Shown here: positions 36,395-45,787 of the stretch, one piece after another
Layout of the letters: every line of letters starts with the position of its first letter
Numbering within the stretch: position 1 is the stretch's first letter
Program-made: the position numbers and the translations under genes
The notes under the pieces: model-generated
What the model saw: the letters and a program-made list of their open reading frames with translations, nothing else
Database searches by the model: none
Told to the model about the DNA's origin: nothing
IMG/VR virus record: IMGVR_UViG_2630968591_000003
Coordinates: 870 to 64,869 of that record
Length of the DNA stretch: 64,000 bases
Strand: one strand, 5' to 3'
Source of the DNA: a virus

Positions 36395-37414
36395 ATGGCT
36401 AACATCGTACCGGCACAAATTCGGGTCAGCCCGAGCTACGTCGTTCCCGAACTGCTCCTGCAATACCAGCAGGCTTCGGGCGCATTCGAAACTATCGCCA
36501 CCGGCGACCCGCTCGTTCGCCTCGGTGAAGACGACCTCGCGGTCTACATCAAGCGTCTCGACCTTCGCACGGAAGTGCAAGTCGGCCAGTTCGCGGCGAA
36601 CCAGCTTCCGAGCTGCACGATCGTCTACAACGAGATCAGCACGCCGACGTACATGATCCGCTCGCGCGCGGAATACGATCACCACGACACGGCCGCTCTG
36701 GGCCGCGTTGGCGCGTCGACCGTCGAAGCGCACCGCCTGGCGATGCGTCAGGGCACGTTCCAGCAACAGCGGAACCTGCTGCTGTACGGCGCGAACCCGC
36801 TGAACGGCGAAGGTCTGCTGAACACGAACGGCGCCACGGCACTGAACCTGCCGGCCGACATGAACGGCAACACCACCGTTTCGACGTACGACAACGGCGC
36901 GTTCGCGTTCTTCATGCTTCAGCAAATCGGCGCGATCAAGGTCCGCACGATGCAGATGGGCATGCCGGCGCGCTTCTCGGTCGTGATGCCGCAGCGCATC
37001 CTCGAATCGATCAGCTATCAGGGCATCGTGCAACTGACGCAGTTCCAGCGTGAAGGCGCAGGTTCGAAGTCGGTTCGCGGCCTGGTGGATGACGTGCTCG
37101 AGTGGAACGAGGACGAAATCACGTGGGGCGCGGATGACACGCTCGTCGGCAAGGGCGCCGGCGGCACGGACATGATCGTCATCAGCATGCCGGAAGTGAA
37201 GAAGCCGAAGGCGAACAAGATCAACACGAACGTGTTCGCCGAGCTCACGCCGGGCCTCGAGGCATGCAGCCTCCAGCTCGTCGACCGCGCTGCGCCCACG
37301 GAGATCATTGCACCGCTCCCCGCTGGTGCTGTGGACGTCGTGTCGGAACTGCGTTCGACGTCGGGCTGGGCCGCGCGTCCGGAAGCTCTCACGCTGATCA
37401 GCGCGGGCTTCTAA
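36395..37414 (+). CDS. Major capsid protein (DUF2184-like)
   Basis: 339 aa, position, LLYG...GLLN motif, very high-GC3 codon usage. Confidence 0.8.
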   Translation: MANIVPAQIRVSPSYVVPELLLQYQQASGAFETIATGDPLVRLGEDDLAVYIKRLDLRTEVQVGQFAANQLPSCTIVYNEISTPTYMIRSRAEYDHHDTAALGRVGASTVEAHRLAMRQGTFQQQRNLLLYGANPLNGEGLLNTNGATALNLPADMNGNTTVSTYDNGAFAFFMLQQIGAIKVRTMQMGMPARFSVVMPQRILESISYQGIVQLTQFQREGAGSKSVRGLVDDVLEWNEDEITWGADDTLVGKGAGGTDMIVISMPEVKKPKANKINTNVFAELTPGLEACSLQLVDRAAPTEIIAPLPAGAVDVVSELRSTSGWAARPEALTLISAGF

Positions 37415-37422
37415 TCGGTTGT

Positions 37423-37474
37423 CCCACACCTAGGCGCCGGAGCCGAAAGCCCGTTCCCTGCGGGTTGGTGTGGG
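37423..37474 (+). ncRNA. Structured three-way-junction RNA element, copy 1
   Basis: cccacacc-TA-ggc[gccgga]gcc-GAAAG-cccg[ttccctg]cggg-TT-ggtgtggg; covaries with 42248-42300. Confidence 0.65.
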
Positions 37475-37510
37475 CATTCAATACAGGGATTCTTTTCAGG
37501 GAAAGAAGCC

Positions 37511-38020
37511 ATGACGTTGTATGTAGGCAATCTCACGAAGCAGGTTTTCGAACTTCATTTCTGGGTCGAGAACACCAAGAAGCCGATCGTCGTTAAGATC
37601 CAGCCCGGCAGCCAAGCGAACGTCTATCCGCAAGGCTCCCACCTCGATCACGAAAACATCGTCGGTCAGCACAAGATGTACGGTCTGACTCAGGTATCCG
37701 AGATCGACCGCCGCAAAGAATTCGTCGGCCATTGCTATCAGTTCGACACGCCGATCCCGCTTGATCGCCTGTTCACGACGATGGAGCGCAACGACGACAT
37801 GCTGTACGACCAAGCGCTCGAGCGTCGCAAGGAAGCCGCGCTGGCTATGGACGAGACGATGAAACGAACCGCGCAAGAAACCGACACGAAACTGCAGAAC
37901 TTCGAGGTCGAGCTTCAGGAAGTCGAGCAGAAAGGCGTCGACACGCAGGTTCACGAAGTCATCACCGTGGGCGACGGCGAGCAGCAGCAACGCCGCCGCG
38001 GCCGTCCGCGCAGGAGCTAA
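37511..38020 (+). CDS. Head-tail region hypothetical protein
   Basis: 169 aa after the capsid gene. Confidence 0.75.
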   Translation: MTLYVGNLTKQVFELHFWVENTKKPIVVKIQPGSQANVYPQGSHLDHENIVGQHKMYGLTQVSEIDRRKEFVGHCYQFDTPIPLDRLFTTMERNDDMLYDQALERRKEAALAMDETMKRTAQETDTKLQNFEVELQEVEQKGVDTQVHEVITVGDGEQQQRRRGRPRRS

Positions 38021-38022
38021 AT

Positions 38023-38520
38023 GTGTTCTTTTTCCCGCCACCTCCCGGCGCCGGCGGTCTTGCCCCGTGGCAGACACAGACCCAGCCGAACACCGCCGAT
38101 CTGTACACGTTCCTGACGACGGTGGCGGGCGTTCCCACGGCAGCGCTGCCGTCGAATAGTCCGTATCTGGCGTGGGCACTGAGTTTTTCCGAGGAGAACA
38201 CGTTGCTCGTGTTGCGGGCCGTGGGGCAGGACTATTACTGCTTCGCGGTCTACCTGCTCGCGACGTCGTTCCTGATCAACTGGGCGCCGGATCAGCTAGG
38301 CCAGACGTTCTTCGCTGATCTGCGCAACACGTGGAACATTTCGGGCTTCGTGGGCGGCATCGTGCAGTCCACGGCCGATCAGGGCACGTCGGAATCGATG
38401 ACGATGCCGGACTTCCTGAATGGCCTGACCCTCGGCCAATTGCAGGCTTTGAAAGACCCATTCGGGCGTCAATGGCTTGCGATGTCGCAAGAACTCGGGC
38501 CCATATGGGGCATTAGCTAG
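38023..38520 (+). CDS. Head-tail adaptor (DUF4054-like)
   Basis: Position; AVYLLATSFL and DPFGRQWL motifs. Confidence 0.65.
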   Translation: MFFFPPPPGAGGLAPWQTQTQPNTADLYTFLTTVAGVPTAALPSNSPYLAWALSFSEENTLLVLRAVGQDYYCFAVYLLATSFLINWAPDQLGQTFFADLRNTWNISGFVGGIVQSTADQGTSESMTMPDFLNGLTLGQLQALKDPFGRQWLAMSQELGPIWGIS

Positions 38521-38529
38521 GAGTGACCG

Positions 38530-39120
38530 ATGGCAGCCGCCCGCGACTATGCAACACCGCACGCTGACGGAGGCGGCAGCTATTCGGCGCCGAAGGTCTA
38601 CGCGAGTAACGCACCCAGCAGGATCACGCTCAACCTCGGCGTGATCGATATTCCGTATTCAAACGCCCCGCCGGCGGAGAAGGTGCCGCAGGCGAAGAAG
38701 GGCAAGGCGAACAAGCCGCTCAAGCCTAAATCGTCCGGCGGCACGAAAACAACTGGCGACGTTGCCGAGATCCTTGAAGATAAGTACGGGATCATGGACA
38801 CGTTCGCTTATGTCCAGCTTCCTGACATCGCGAAGGCGCTGGAGGAATCGATTGCCGGGTCGCTCGAAACCCTGCTGATGGGCGGTATGCCTAGCGCGAA
38901 TCCGTTTGCCTCGGCTGAATCCAAAATCACCGCCATGTTCAAGCAATTTTTGGCGACGGGCGCGATTGAGCATATGGGAATTGAAGGCGTTCCGACGCAA
39001 GCGGCGCTGAACGGCGTGAATCACCGCCTGAAGCACCCGTATGCGAAGGGGAATCCGCGGCGAGAGTCGTTCATCGATACGGGGCTCTATCAGTCCCATT
39101 TCTTGGCGTGGTTCTCTTAA
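38530..39120 (+). CDS. Neck/tail completion protein
   Basis: Position; C-terminal R..FIDTGLY motif. Confidence 0.6.
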   Translation: MAAARDYATPHADGGGSYSAPKVYASNAPSRITLNLGVIDIPYSNAPPAEKVPQAKKGKANKPLKPKSSGGTKTTGDVAEILEDKYGIMDTFAYVQLPDIAKALEESIAGSLETLLMGGMPSANPFASAESKITAMFKQFLATGAIEHMGIEGVPTQAALNGVNHRLKHPYAKGNPRRESFIDTGLYQSHFLAWFS

Positions 39121-40065
39121 ATGCCGTCGATCACAGAGTCCCTAAATTCGCAAAGCCAGCTTGCGAGCGGCTTAGCGGCCGGCGTGAATACGCTGTCGCT
39201 TAGTCAGACCATCCCATTCACGCGCTATACGCAAGCCGTCCTACCGCTGGACGGATACGTGTTCTACATCAACACGGGCGAGGTTGTAAGCGTCCAAGGC
39301 TCGTTGCACTATTCGACGGACCAGCAGCAGAACGAAGACGAAACGATCGATGTCAACCGCGTCATCTTCACCGCACTGAGCCAGATTGATCGATTCAATC
39401 AAGTCGCGCCAACCGACTTGTTCGTCGGCACGTTCGAAGGAATCCGGTTCTCGTTCAACGCGCGCGGATCGTTCTACGAACAGGCGAACCTGTTTCACTA
39501 TCTTGGGAACGCGGTCTACCCTGCCCTGGCGTCTCAGCTAGTCGAGAGCGCTGCCGACTTACCGACCGAGCCCGTCGTATCAAACAGCCTGCCGATTTGG
39601 CTGAGCCAGAACAGTTTCGCACCGGTCTATCCATCGTTCCTCGTGCCGTCGAACGTCGTGCCGCCGTACATCACGGCACACATCGAGCCGGATCTGACTG
39701 AGGTCCCGTCGTTCCCCATTTATGGATGGCCAGGCACGACCGAGCCGAATTCAGGCACGGCGCCGCTTCACGATCTGCCGAGCACGCAGCTGGCGAAGGA
39801 CAACGTCAGGCTGACGCTGTATGGCTTCACGAATCAGATGGCGATTCAGTATCTCGCATCGCTGATCGATCACTCGCTGAATGTCGAGGATTTCGGTTTT
39901 GGCAACTCCCCGGCGATCAAGGACCAGAAGCGCACGCAGTCCGAGCTCAACGTGATCGCCATGAAGAAGACGATCGATATCGTTGCGTGGTACTTCCAAA
40001 GCACGGCCGACGCCGTTGCGCGTCGCCTGATCCTGTCCGCCGGATTCTCTTCGATTACCCCATAA
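39121..40065 (+). CDS. Head closure/tail terminator-like protein
   Basis: 314 aa between neck and sheath. Confidence 0.55.
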   Translation: MPSITESLNSQSQLASGLAAGVNTLSLSQTIPFTRYTQAVLPLDGYVFYINTGEVVSVQGSLHYSTDQQQNEDETIDVNRVIFTALSQIDRFNQVAPTDLFVGTFEGIRFSFNARGSFYEQANLFHYLGNAVYPALASQLVESAADLPTEPVVSNSLPIWLSQNSFAPVYPSFLVPSNVVPPYITAHIEPDLTEVPSFPIYGWPGTTEPNSGTAPLHDLPSTQLAKDNVRLTLYGFTNQMAIQYLASLIDHSLNVEDFGFGNSPAIKDQKRTQSELNVIAMKKTIDIVAWYFQSTADAVARRLILSAGFSSITP

Positions 40066-40091
40066 GCGGGGCATCCCGCTTCGAACAACTC

Positions 40092-40113
40092 ACCCCGCTC
40101 CGGCGGGGTTTTT
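40092..40113 (+). terminator. Intrinsic terminator
   Basis: accccgc-tccg-gcggggt-tttt. Confidence 0.6.
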
Positions 40114-40130
40114 CATTTCTGGAGTCTCGT

Positions 40131-40439
40131 ATGCCCCAAGGTCCGATCGCTGTAAACCCCATCAGCAACACGCAGACCAAACTCAATGTCACGGCGAAGA
40201 CTGTGATTAACGTTGGTCCCGGCCGCGTCGCAAAGATCGTCTTCGTCGTTGCATCCACCGCCGGCACCCCTGGCGTCTATGACGCGGCCACGACTGCCGC
40301 TGGCGTTGCCGCTACCGCTCTATGGGCCGGCGCTGCGGTTACCACGATCGGCACTGTTGTCCCTCTCGATATGGCCTACACGAATGGTCTTGTGGTCGAT
40401 CCGGGCACGACCGGCGTGGTTTCGGTTTCGTTCATCTAA
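40131..40439 (+). CDS. Small beta-rich virion protein
   Basis: MPQGPIAVNPISNTQ..., GGAG RBS. Confidence 0.65.
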   Translation: MPQGPIAVNPISNTQTKLNVTAKTVINVGPGRVAKIVFVVASTAGTPGVYDAATTAAGVAATALWAGAAVTTIGTVVPLDMAYTNGLVVDPGTTGVVSVSFI

Positions 40440-40457
40440 TCCCCGGAGGCCGCCCAC

Positions 40458-41783
40458 ATGGCGCAATTTACAACCCCGACGATCGTAACGGTTAATACGA
40501 TCGTCACGCGAGCGCCTACGCCCTCGCAGCTTCAGCAAAGCGGCGCCATCGTATCCACGGGCGGCACCACTCTCGCACCAGGCACGTTTCAGTTTTGCGG
40601 TCTGCTTTCGCAGGTCGAAGATATTCTTTCGGCGCCGGCGGCACTGAGCACCCTCGCTTGGGCAACTGGCACTGTCACCGCGACGACCGCCGCCCCGATC
40701 GGATTGGCTACCGGCCAGACGTTCACTACGACGATCACTGGCGCGGTGCCGGCTGGCTATAACGGCACGTACACCGCAACGGTCACTGGCGCTAGCGCGT
40801 TCACCTTCGCTCTCGCGACGAACCCTGGCGCGGAAACGACTCCGGGTGTGTTTCTGCCGCCGGACGCTGCTTTCATCGATGACGCTGCAAGGACGTTCTT
40901 CGCTCAAGGCCAGACAATCGGCGTGTTTGTGCTCGAGCTCGGCCCGCAAACGACCGCTGCCGACGCAATCACGGCTCTGCAGACGTTCATCACGAACAAC
41001 AGCAACCCGCAAGTCTTCTACGCGTATTTGCTGGATCCGTCGTGGGACGAAGCGTCGGCGGCTGCCCTGAACACGATGACGGCGAATTTCGAAAGCCCGA
41101 GCGGGCAGACGTATTTCTTCGTCACGACGACGGTCGCGAATCTTCCGACCTACGCCACGAACAAGGCGGTCATCGCGATGGTGCCCAGCCCGAAGCAAGC
41201 GGCGACCGAGTTGCAGGCTGCAGCCATGTTCTATCAGTGGCTGGTGAACAAGCCGGGCCCGGCGAACCAGCTGGCGCCGATGGCGTACCGCTTCGTCTTC
41301 GGCGTGACGCCGTGGGATCAAGCCACGAGCACGACGGACATCAACACGGTCCTGACCAACTTCGGAAACATCATCCTGACAGGTGCCGAAGGCGGCATTT
41401 CGACGGCGTGCATCTTCAAGGGCACGACGATGGACGGCCAGCAGGCGGCGTTCTGGTACGGAATCGACTTCTTCCGTATCCAGGTCAAGCAAGCCCTCGC
41501 CGCAGCGATCATCAACGGCTCGAACCAGAACCCGCCGCTGCTCTACAACCAGAACGGCATCAACACGCTGCTCGCGGTTGCGCAGAACGTCGGGAACTCG
41601 ACTGTTGCATTCGGTTGCGCACTGAGCGTCGTTGTCAACGCCGTGCCCTTCACGACGTACACGACGCAAAACCCGAACGATTACAACGCGGGCGTCTATA
41701 ACGGCTTCTCCGCGACGCTCGTTGGCGTAAGCGGATTTTTGACGATCACATTCGAACTCGACGCGGTCGAATTCGTGGCGTAA
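40458..41783 (+). CDS. Tail sheath protein (DUF3383-like)
   Basis: 441 aa; FWYGIDF...KQALAAAIING...LYNQNGI; precedes tube. Confidence 0.78.
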   Translation: MAQFTTPTIVTVNTIVTRAPTPSQLQQSGAIVSTGGTTLAPGTFQFCGLLSQVEDILSAPAALSTLAWATGTVTATTAAPIGLATGQTFTTTITGAVPAGYNGTYTATVTGASAFTFALATNPGAETTPGVFLPPDAAFIDDAARTFFAQGQTIGVFVLELGPQTTAADAITALQTFITNNSNPQVFYAYLLDPSWDEASAAALNTMTANFESPSGQTYFFVTTTVANLPTYATNKAVIAMVPSPKQAATELQAAAMFYQWLVNKPGPANQLAPMAYRFVFGVTPWDQATSTTDINTVLTNFGNIILTGAEGGISTACIFKGTTMDGQQAAFWYGIDFFRIQVKQALAAAIINGSNQNPPLLYNQNGINTLLAVAQNVGNSTVAFGCALSVVVNAVPFTTYTTQNPNDYNAGVYNGFSATLVGVSGFLTITFELDAVEFVA

Positions 41784-41792
41784 GGACATCTC

Positions 41793-42239
41793 ATGGCTAA
41801 TGTACCTGTGGTAGCACAAGGCGTCCTGAACCGCGTTCGATGCTCCGTGATCGTTCCGAGCAACCCGGCGCTGAACATCACGGCGCCGTTCATGGGCCGC
41901 TCATTCGCTCGCATCGAGTTCGAAGGCGATTTCGTTCAGCAGATCGAGACCGGGACGGGCGCAGTTCGCTCGCCCGAGCCGTTCGTCATGGCGACGATTT
42001 CGGTTGGCCTGTTGCGCACTCAAGCGCTCGCAAGCAATTGGATGATGCAAGCGCAGACCAATGGCTTCTTGGGCGACGTGACGATCCATAGCGATACGGC
42101 AGCTTTCCAGCCGATCACTATCAACGAGGCGGTTTTGCGCCATCTCGACCCCGGCGCTTTTGACGGCACGGACCCCATCGTGAGAGTTACGGTGCGTGGC
42201 ACGTTCCCGATCAACGCCGACATGTGGAACTTCGCTTAA
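41793..42239 (+). CDS. Tail tube protein
   Basis: 148 aa after sheath, before chaperone and tape measure. Confidence 0.72.
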   Translation: MANVPVVAQGVLNRVRCSVIVPSNPALNITAPFMGRSFARIEFEGDFVQQIETGTGAVRSPEPFVMATISVGLLRTQALASNWMMQAQTNGFLGDVTIHSDTAAFQPITINEAVLRHLDPGAFDGTDPIVRVTVRGTFPINADMWNFA

Positions 42240-42247
42240 CGCTTTGC

Positions 42248-42300
42248 GCTGCGGCTAGGAACGCGATCCGAAAGCCGGCCCCCTTACCGGTTGCCGCAGC
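42248..42300 (+). ncRNA. Structured three-way-junction RNA element, copy 2
   Basis: gctgcggc-TA-gga[acgcga]tcc-GAAAG-ccgg[ccccctta]ccgg-TT-gccgcagc. Confidence 0.65.
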
Positions 42301-42332
42301 CTCTTCTAAGGGCTGACTGAAGGGAATCAGAC

Positions 42333-42971
42333 ATGAAGATCAACGAGAAACGGCACCTTGTGTTGCCGATCGTGACCGACCTGGTCACGAAGAAGGTGGA
42401 AGGAAAGGATGTGACCGAGGAAGTGGTTCGCATCTATGCTCATCACACGCCGGTCTCGCGCGAGGTATTCGAGGCGAATTATCGAATCCTTGCCGCAACC
42501 AAATCGGCGCTGGCGAGCAAGGGTTCGCACTACCTGATGTCGTCGGGCCCGCGCATCGCGGCTCTGACGCTTCGGGATGAAGGAAAGAAGGATGCAGCGG
42601 CGCGAGGCTCGTTCGATGAGCAAGGGCGCGTCGTGGACGAAGAGACCCCCGCTTTCTTTGCTGAACTGAAGCGCCTGACGATGGTGCTTTGCCCTGGTCA
42701 GCAAGGGTGGGACATGCTGCCCATCGACGCAGCCATCGGTGCCGGCAAGATCGACGCCGAGGATTGGGAGGAGGTGGCTTCGAGTCTCGTTTTTTTTACT
42801 TGTCATTATGCGATGGCGAGAAAAGCCGATCGCGAGACGACGGCGAACGGAACAGCTTCACTTCTGGGGTCGTCGATTTCATCCTTGGCACCTACGGAAT
42901 TCATCGCCTCCTTGCCGAGCTGGACGCCGGCCGCACCTACGATGCCGGTACAGTCTTCGATTCCATCCTAA
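42333..42971 (+). CDS. Tail assembly chaperone (gpG-like); -1 frame extends to 43081
   Basis: Between tube and tape measure; T8 run at 42790-42797 and open -1 frame to 43081. Confidence 0.7.
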   Translation: MKINEKRHLVLPIVTDLVTKKVEGKDVTEEVVRIYAHHTPVSREVFEANYRILAATKSALASKGSHYLMSSGPRIAALTLRDEGKKDAAARGSFDEQGRVVDEETPAFFAELKRLTMVLCPGQQGWDMLPIDAAIGAGKIDAEDWEEVASSLVFFTCHYAMARKADRETTANGTASLLGSSISSLAPTEFIASLPSWTPAAPTMPVQSSIPS

Positions 42972-43084
42972 GCTACATCACGGGCGAGGGATTCACGGAG
43001 ACGTTCGAACGATACGAAACCCCATACCGGTCTGCACTTGAATACCGGCAAAGATATTTGCTGGAAGGTATGAAAAGGTAAGCC

Positions 43085-44773
43085 ATGGCGGCAAAATCGA
43101 TAATCACCGTCGACGTCGACGACACCAAGTTCCGCGAGTTCCAAGCCCTCTTCCAGAAGTATCAGTCGCAGCTTTCGGATATGCCGGAGGACTGGAAAAA
43201 GGTCGTCGACGTAATCGATGATGCCAGCGGCGGCATGGATCATTTTTCGAAGTCGTCCAAGTCGTCGAAGGACTTCCTCATGATTGCCGCCATCCAGGCG
43301 GATGCCATCTCGAAGGCCATGCTCAAAGCCACCGGGGTGCAGGACAAGTTCAATACAAAAGCCAAAGACGGCGCGATCCAGATGACGCGGATGCAGAAGG
43401 CATCGGCGGCTATGCACAAATCGATGTCCGGCATGAGCTCTATCCTGCTCAAGCTGGGCACAGTAGGCGCGAGCGGTATCGGAACCGCAATCGCCGCGGT
43501 CTATGGCGCAACGAATCAACTGGCCGGACAGAATCTTCAGGCCCGCGGGCTCGGCCTTCGCATCGGCCAAACGCAGGCGTTCGGGGCGAACTTCGAAAAG
43601 TTCGGGCTTGGCGCGTCGGACCTCGGCAACGTTGCGAACGCGCAAGGCGACGTCAGCAAATGGCGGGCATTTATTTCCGCCGGCCTGACGCCTCAGCAGA
43701 TCCAGAACGAGGACGCGGAGCAACTGACGTACGACTTCTCCCGTGCTGCAAGCGGGAAGTATCGCGAGTGGCAAAAGTCAGGTATGCCGGCCGCCTCGAT
43801 GGCGCAGGCTTACGGCTTCACGGATTTCCTCTCGCCGCAGCAGTTGAGAACGGGTGCAAGCTATAGCGACTCGGACTGGATGAAGGCTCAGCAGAAGACG
43901 ATTTCCGCTGCTAAGGCGATGGAAGTCAATCAGGGCACTGCGGATCAGGCGTCGGACGTTAAGGCGGCGCTGAAGGCAGATTGGGCGCAGGTACTCAACA
44001 CTTTCAACGAGCAGCTTGCTGCGGCTAGTCCTGAACTGAAGGTCATGGGCGATGCTGCCGCAGTCGCTGCGACCGCGCTGCTGAAGGTGGCGGGTCCGCA
44101 GGGCAAGGAATTGCTGAGGGCCCTTGAAGGTCCGCCGGTTTCACGCGCCGATGCTGCAAAATCCAATACGCTAACGGGAGGCTTGGCTAGACTCGGTTAC
44201 GGACTACGCGACATTTTTACGCTTGGTTCAATCAAGTCCGGCGGCTCCTCCCCCGCATTCTCGGTGGACTCAAATCACCCGCTTGGGACGATTGGCAATT
44301 CTAATGCGGCGGCCGGCGGCGCTGGGCCGGCCGCAGCTGGCAATCGTTTAGCGTCCATGATCGACGCCCAATACACGGTCGAATCAAGCCGCGGTAAGAA
44401 GCTCCTTTCTAAGAAAGGCGCAATGGGACCGATGCAGTTCATGAAGGCTACGTGGGATGAATGGGGTCATGGAGATGTCAATAATTTGCATGATGCCCAG
44501 GATGCAGCAAGGCGATACGACACGTTCCTGCTGAAGCGCTATAACGGCGATAACCGCAAGGCTCTTGCTGCCTATAACTGGGGAATGGGACACCTTGATA
44601 AGGACATCGCTGCGCACGGTGCAAACTGGGAGAAGTTTGCGCCAAAGGAAACACAGGATTACATCAACAAGATCGTGACTTTGATGGCGAAGGGCGGCCA
44701 GACCGTCAACGTCAATATCACGAACCAAACGGCCGCGCGTGTAGCGGTTTCACAGAACGCGGCGCAGCACTGA
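43085..44773 (+). CDS. Tape measure protein with C-terminal lytic transglycosylase
   Basis: Helical Ala-rich body; VESS, GAMGPMQFM, ALAAYNWG. Confidence 0.88.
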   Translation: MAAKSIITVDVDDTKFREFQALFQKYQSQLSDMPEDWKKVVDVIDDASGGMDHFSKSSKSSKDFLMIAAIQADAISKAMLKATGVQDKFNTKAKDGAIQMTRMQKASAAMHKSMSGMSSILLKLGTVGASGIGTAIAAVYGATNQLAGQNLQARGLGLRIGQTQAFGANFEKFGLGASDLGNVANAQGDVSKWRAFISAGLTPQQIQNEDAEQLTYDFSRAASGKYREWQKSGMPAASMAQAYGFTDFLSPQQLRTGASYSDSDWMKAQQKTISAAKAMEVNQGTADQASDVKAALKADWAQVLNTFNEQLAAASPELKVMGDAAAVAATALLKVAGPQGKELLRALEGPPVSRADAAKSNTLTGGLARLGYGLRDIFTLGSIKSGGSSPAFSVDSNHPLGTIGNSNAAAGGAGPAAAGNRLASMIDAQYTVESSRGKKLLSKKGAMGPMQFMKATWDEWGHGDVNNLHDAQDAARRYDTFLLKRYNGDNRKALAAYNWGMGHLDKDIAAHGANWEKFAPKETQDYINKIVTLMAKGGQTVNVNITNQTAARVAVSQNAAQH

Positions 44774-44774
44774 T

Positions 44775-45515
44775 ATGGCAAATCAACCGGCATTCGCTAC
44801 GGTCTATGACCTCGCCTTCCAGGTGTCGCCTATCATCCTGGTCGACGGTATCGCGTCAACCACGCTGGGCGGAATGCTGCCGATTATTGCTCTGGTGGGT
44901 CAATCGGCAGCGTTCCTGCAAGGCGCAGCGTCTGATGGCTTCTCGACCAGCGATTTCTTCGCGCGATTCGTTCCGGTTCCGGGCTCGACGCTCGTCAATC
45001 AGCAGATCGCGACCTATCCTTTTGCCAATCAGCAGACGGCCGCTAACGCGACGATTCAGCAGCCGTTGAACATCTCGCTGCGCATGATTGCGCCGGTCAA
45101 GGATACGGCGGGCTACCTAACGAAAACCGCCATCTTCACCAGTCTGCAGAATTCGCTGGTGGCCCACAATGCGGCCGGCGGAACATATCACATCGCCACG
45201 CCGGCCTACATCTATAAAAACGCGATCCTGACGTCGATGACGGATACGACGGGCGGCGCCGGAAAGCAGCAGCAGATTGAGTATCAGCTCGATTTTGTGC
45301 AGCCCCTAGTCACGGGTCAGCAGGCAACTGCAGCGCTCAATTCCTTGATGAGCAAGCTTTCTAGCGGCGCCTCAGTATCCGGTGCAACGCCTGCTGCGGG
45401 ATCGTCGTTCTGGTCGAATGCCGCGGTCGCCGTGGGCTCGTCTGCGCAGAACGCTGTCTCTAACGTGACGGGCATTGCGGGCGTCGTGAACACTTATCTG
45501 AGCAGCGCACTGTGA
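44775..45515 (+). CDS. Baseplate/tail tube initiator-like protein
   Basis: Position after the tape measure gene. Confidence 0.6.
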   Translation: MANQPAFATVYDLAFQVSPIILVDGIASTTLGGMLPIIALVGQSAAFLQGAASDGFSTSDFFARFVPVPGSTLVNQQIATYPFANQQTAANATIQQPLNISLRMIAPVKDTAGYLTKTAIFTSLQNSLVAHNAAGGTYHIATPAYIYKNAILTSMTDTTGGAGKQQQIEYQLDFVQPLVTGQQATAALNSLMSKLSSGASVSGATPAAGSSFWSNAAVAVGSSAQNAVSNVTGIAGVVNTYLSSAL

Positions 45516-45787
45516 CTTTAATCCCGTTCACTCCCAACAACCTTTCGTCGCCGCCCTTCTCTACGCAGCTCACGCTCGACGGCGGAAGCTTCGTTGGAAA
45601 TGTGACGTGGAACATAGCTGGACAGAGATGGTATTTGTCCATTCTTGATAGCTCTGGCACGATGTTTTGGTCCGGTGCGATGGTCGGTTCCCCGCTCGGA
45701 TTTGACATCTTTTTGGCGCCGGGCGTGTTCTCTTCGTCGACGATTCTGTTTAGGGCGGACACGGGAAACTTTGAGATTGTCCCATGA
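45512..45787 (+). CDS. Small baseplate protein
   Basis: WNIAGQRWYLSILD motif; coupled. Confidence 0.65.
   Translation: MTLIPFTPNNLSSPPFSTQLTLDGGSFVGNVTWNIAGQRWYLSILDSSGTMFWSGAMVGSPLGFDIFLAPGVFSSSTILFRADTGNFEIVP

Noticed and set aside
34490-37429. 979-aa minus-strand ORF (also 31296..32819, 8051..9733, 40320..41819, 54185..55627, 49634..50650)
   Set aside because: Antisense shadows of well-supported genes, expected from high-GC codon bias; Arg/Ala-rich with no motifs or RBS
37423-42300. Reading the twin RNA element as a hammerhead ribozyme (three stems plus GAAA)
   Set aside because: The CUGANGA core is absent (only UA between stems) and the would-be cleavage nucleotide is G
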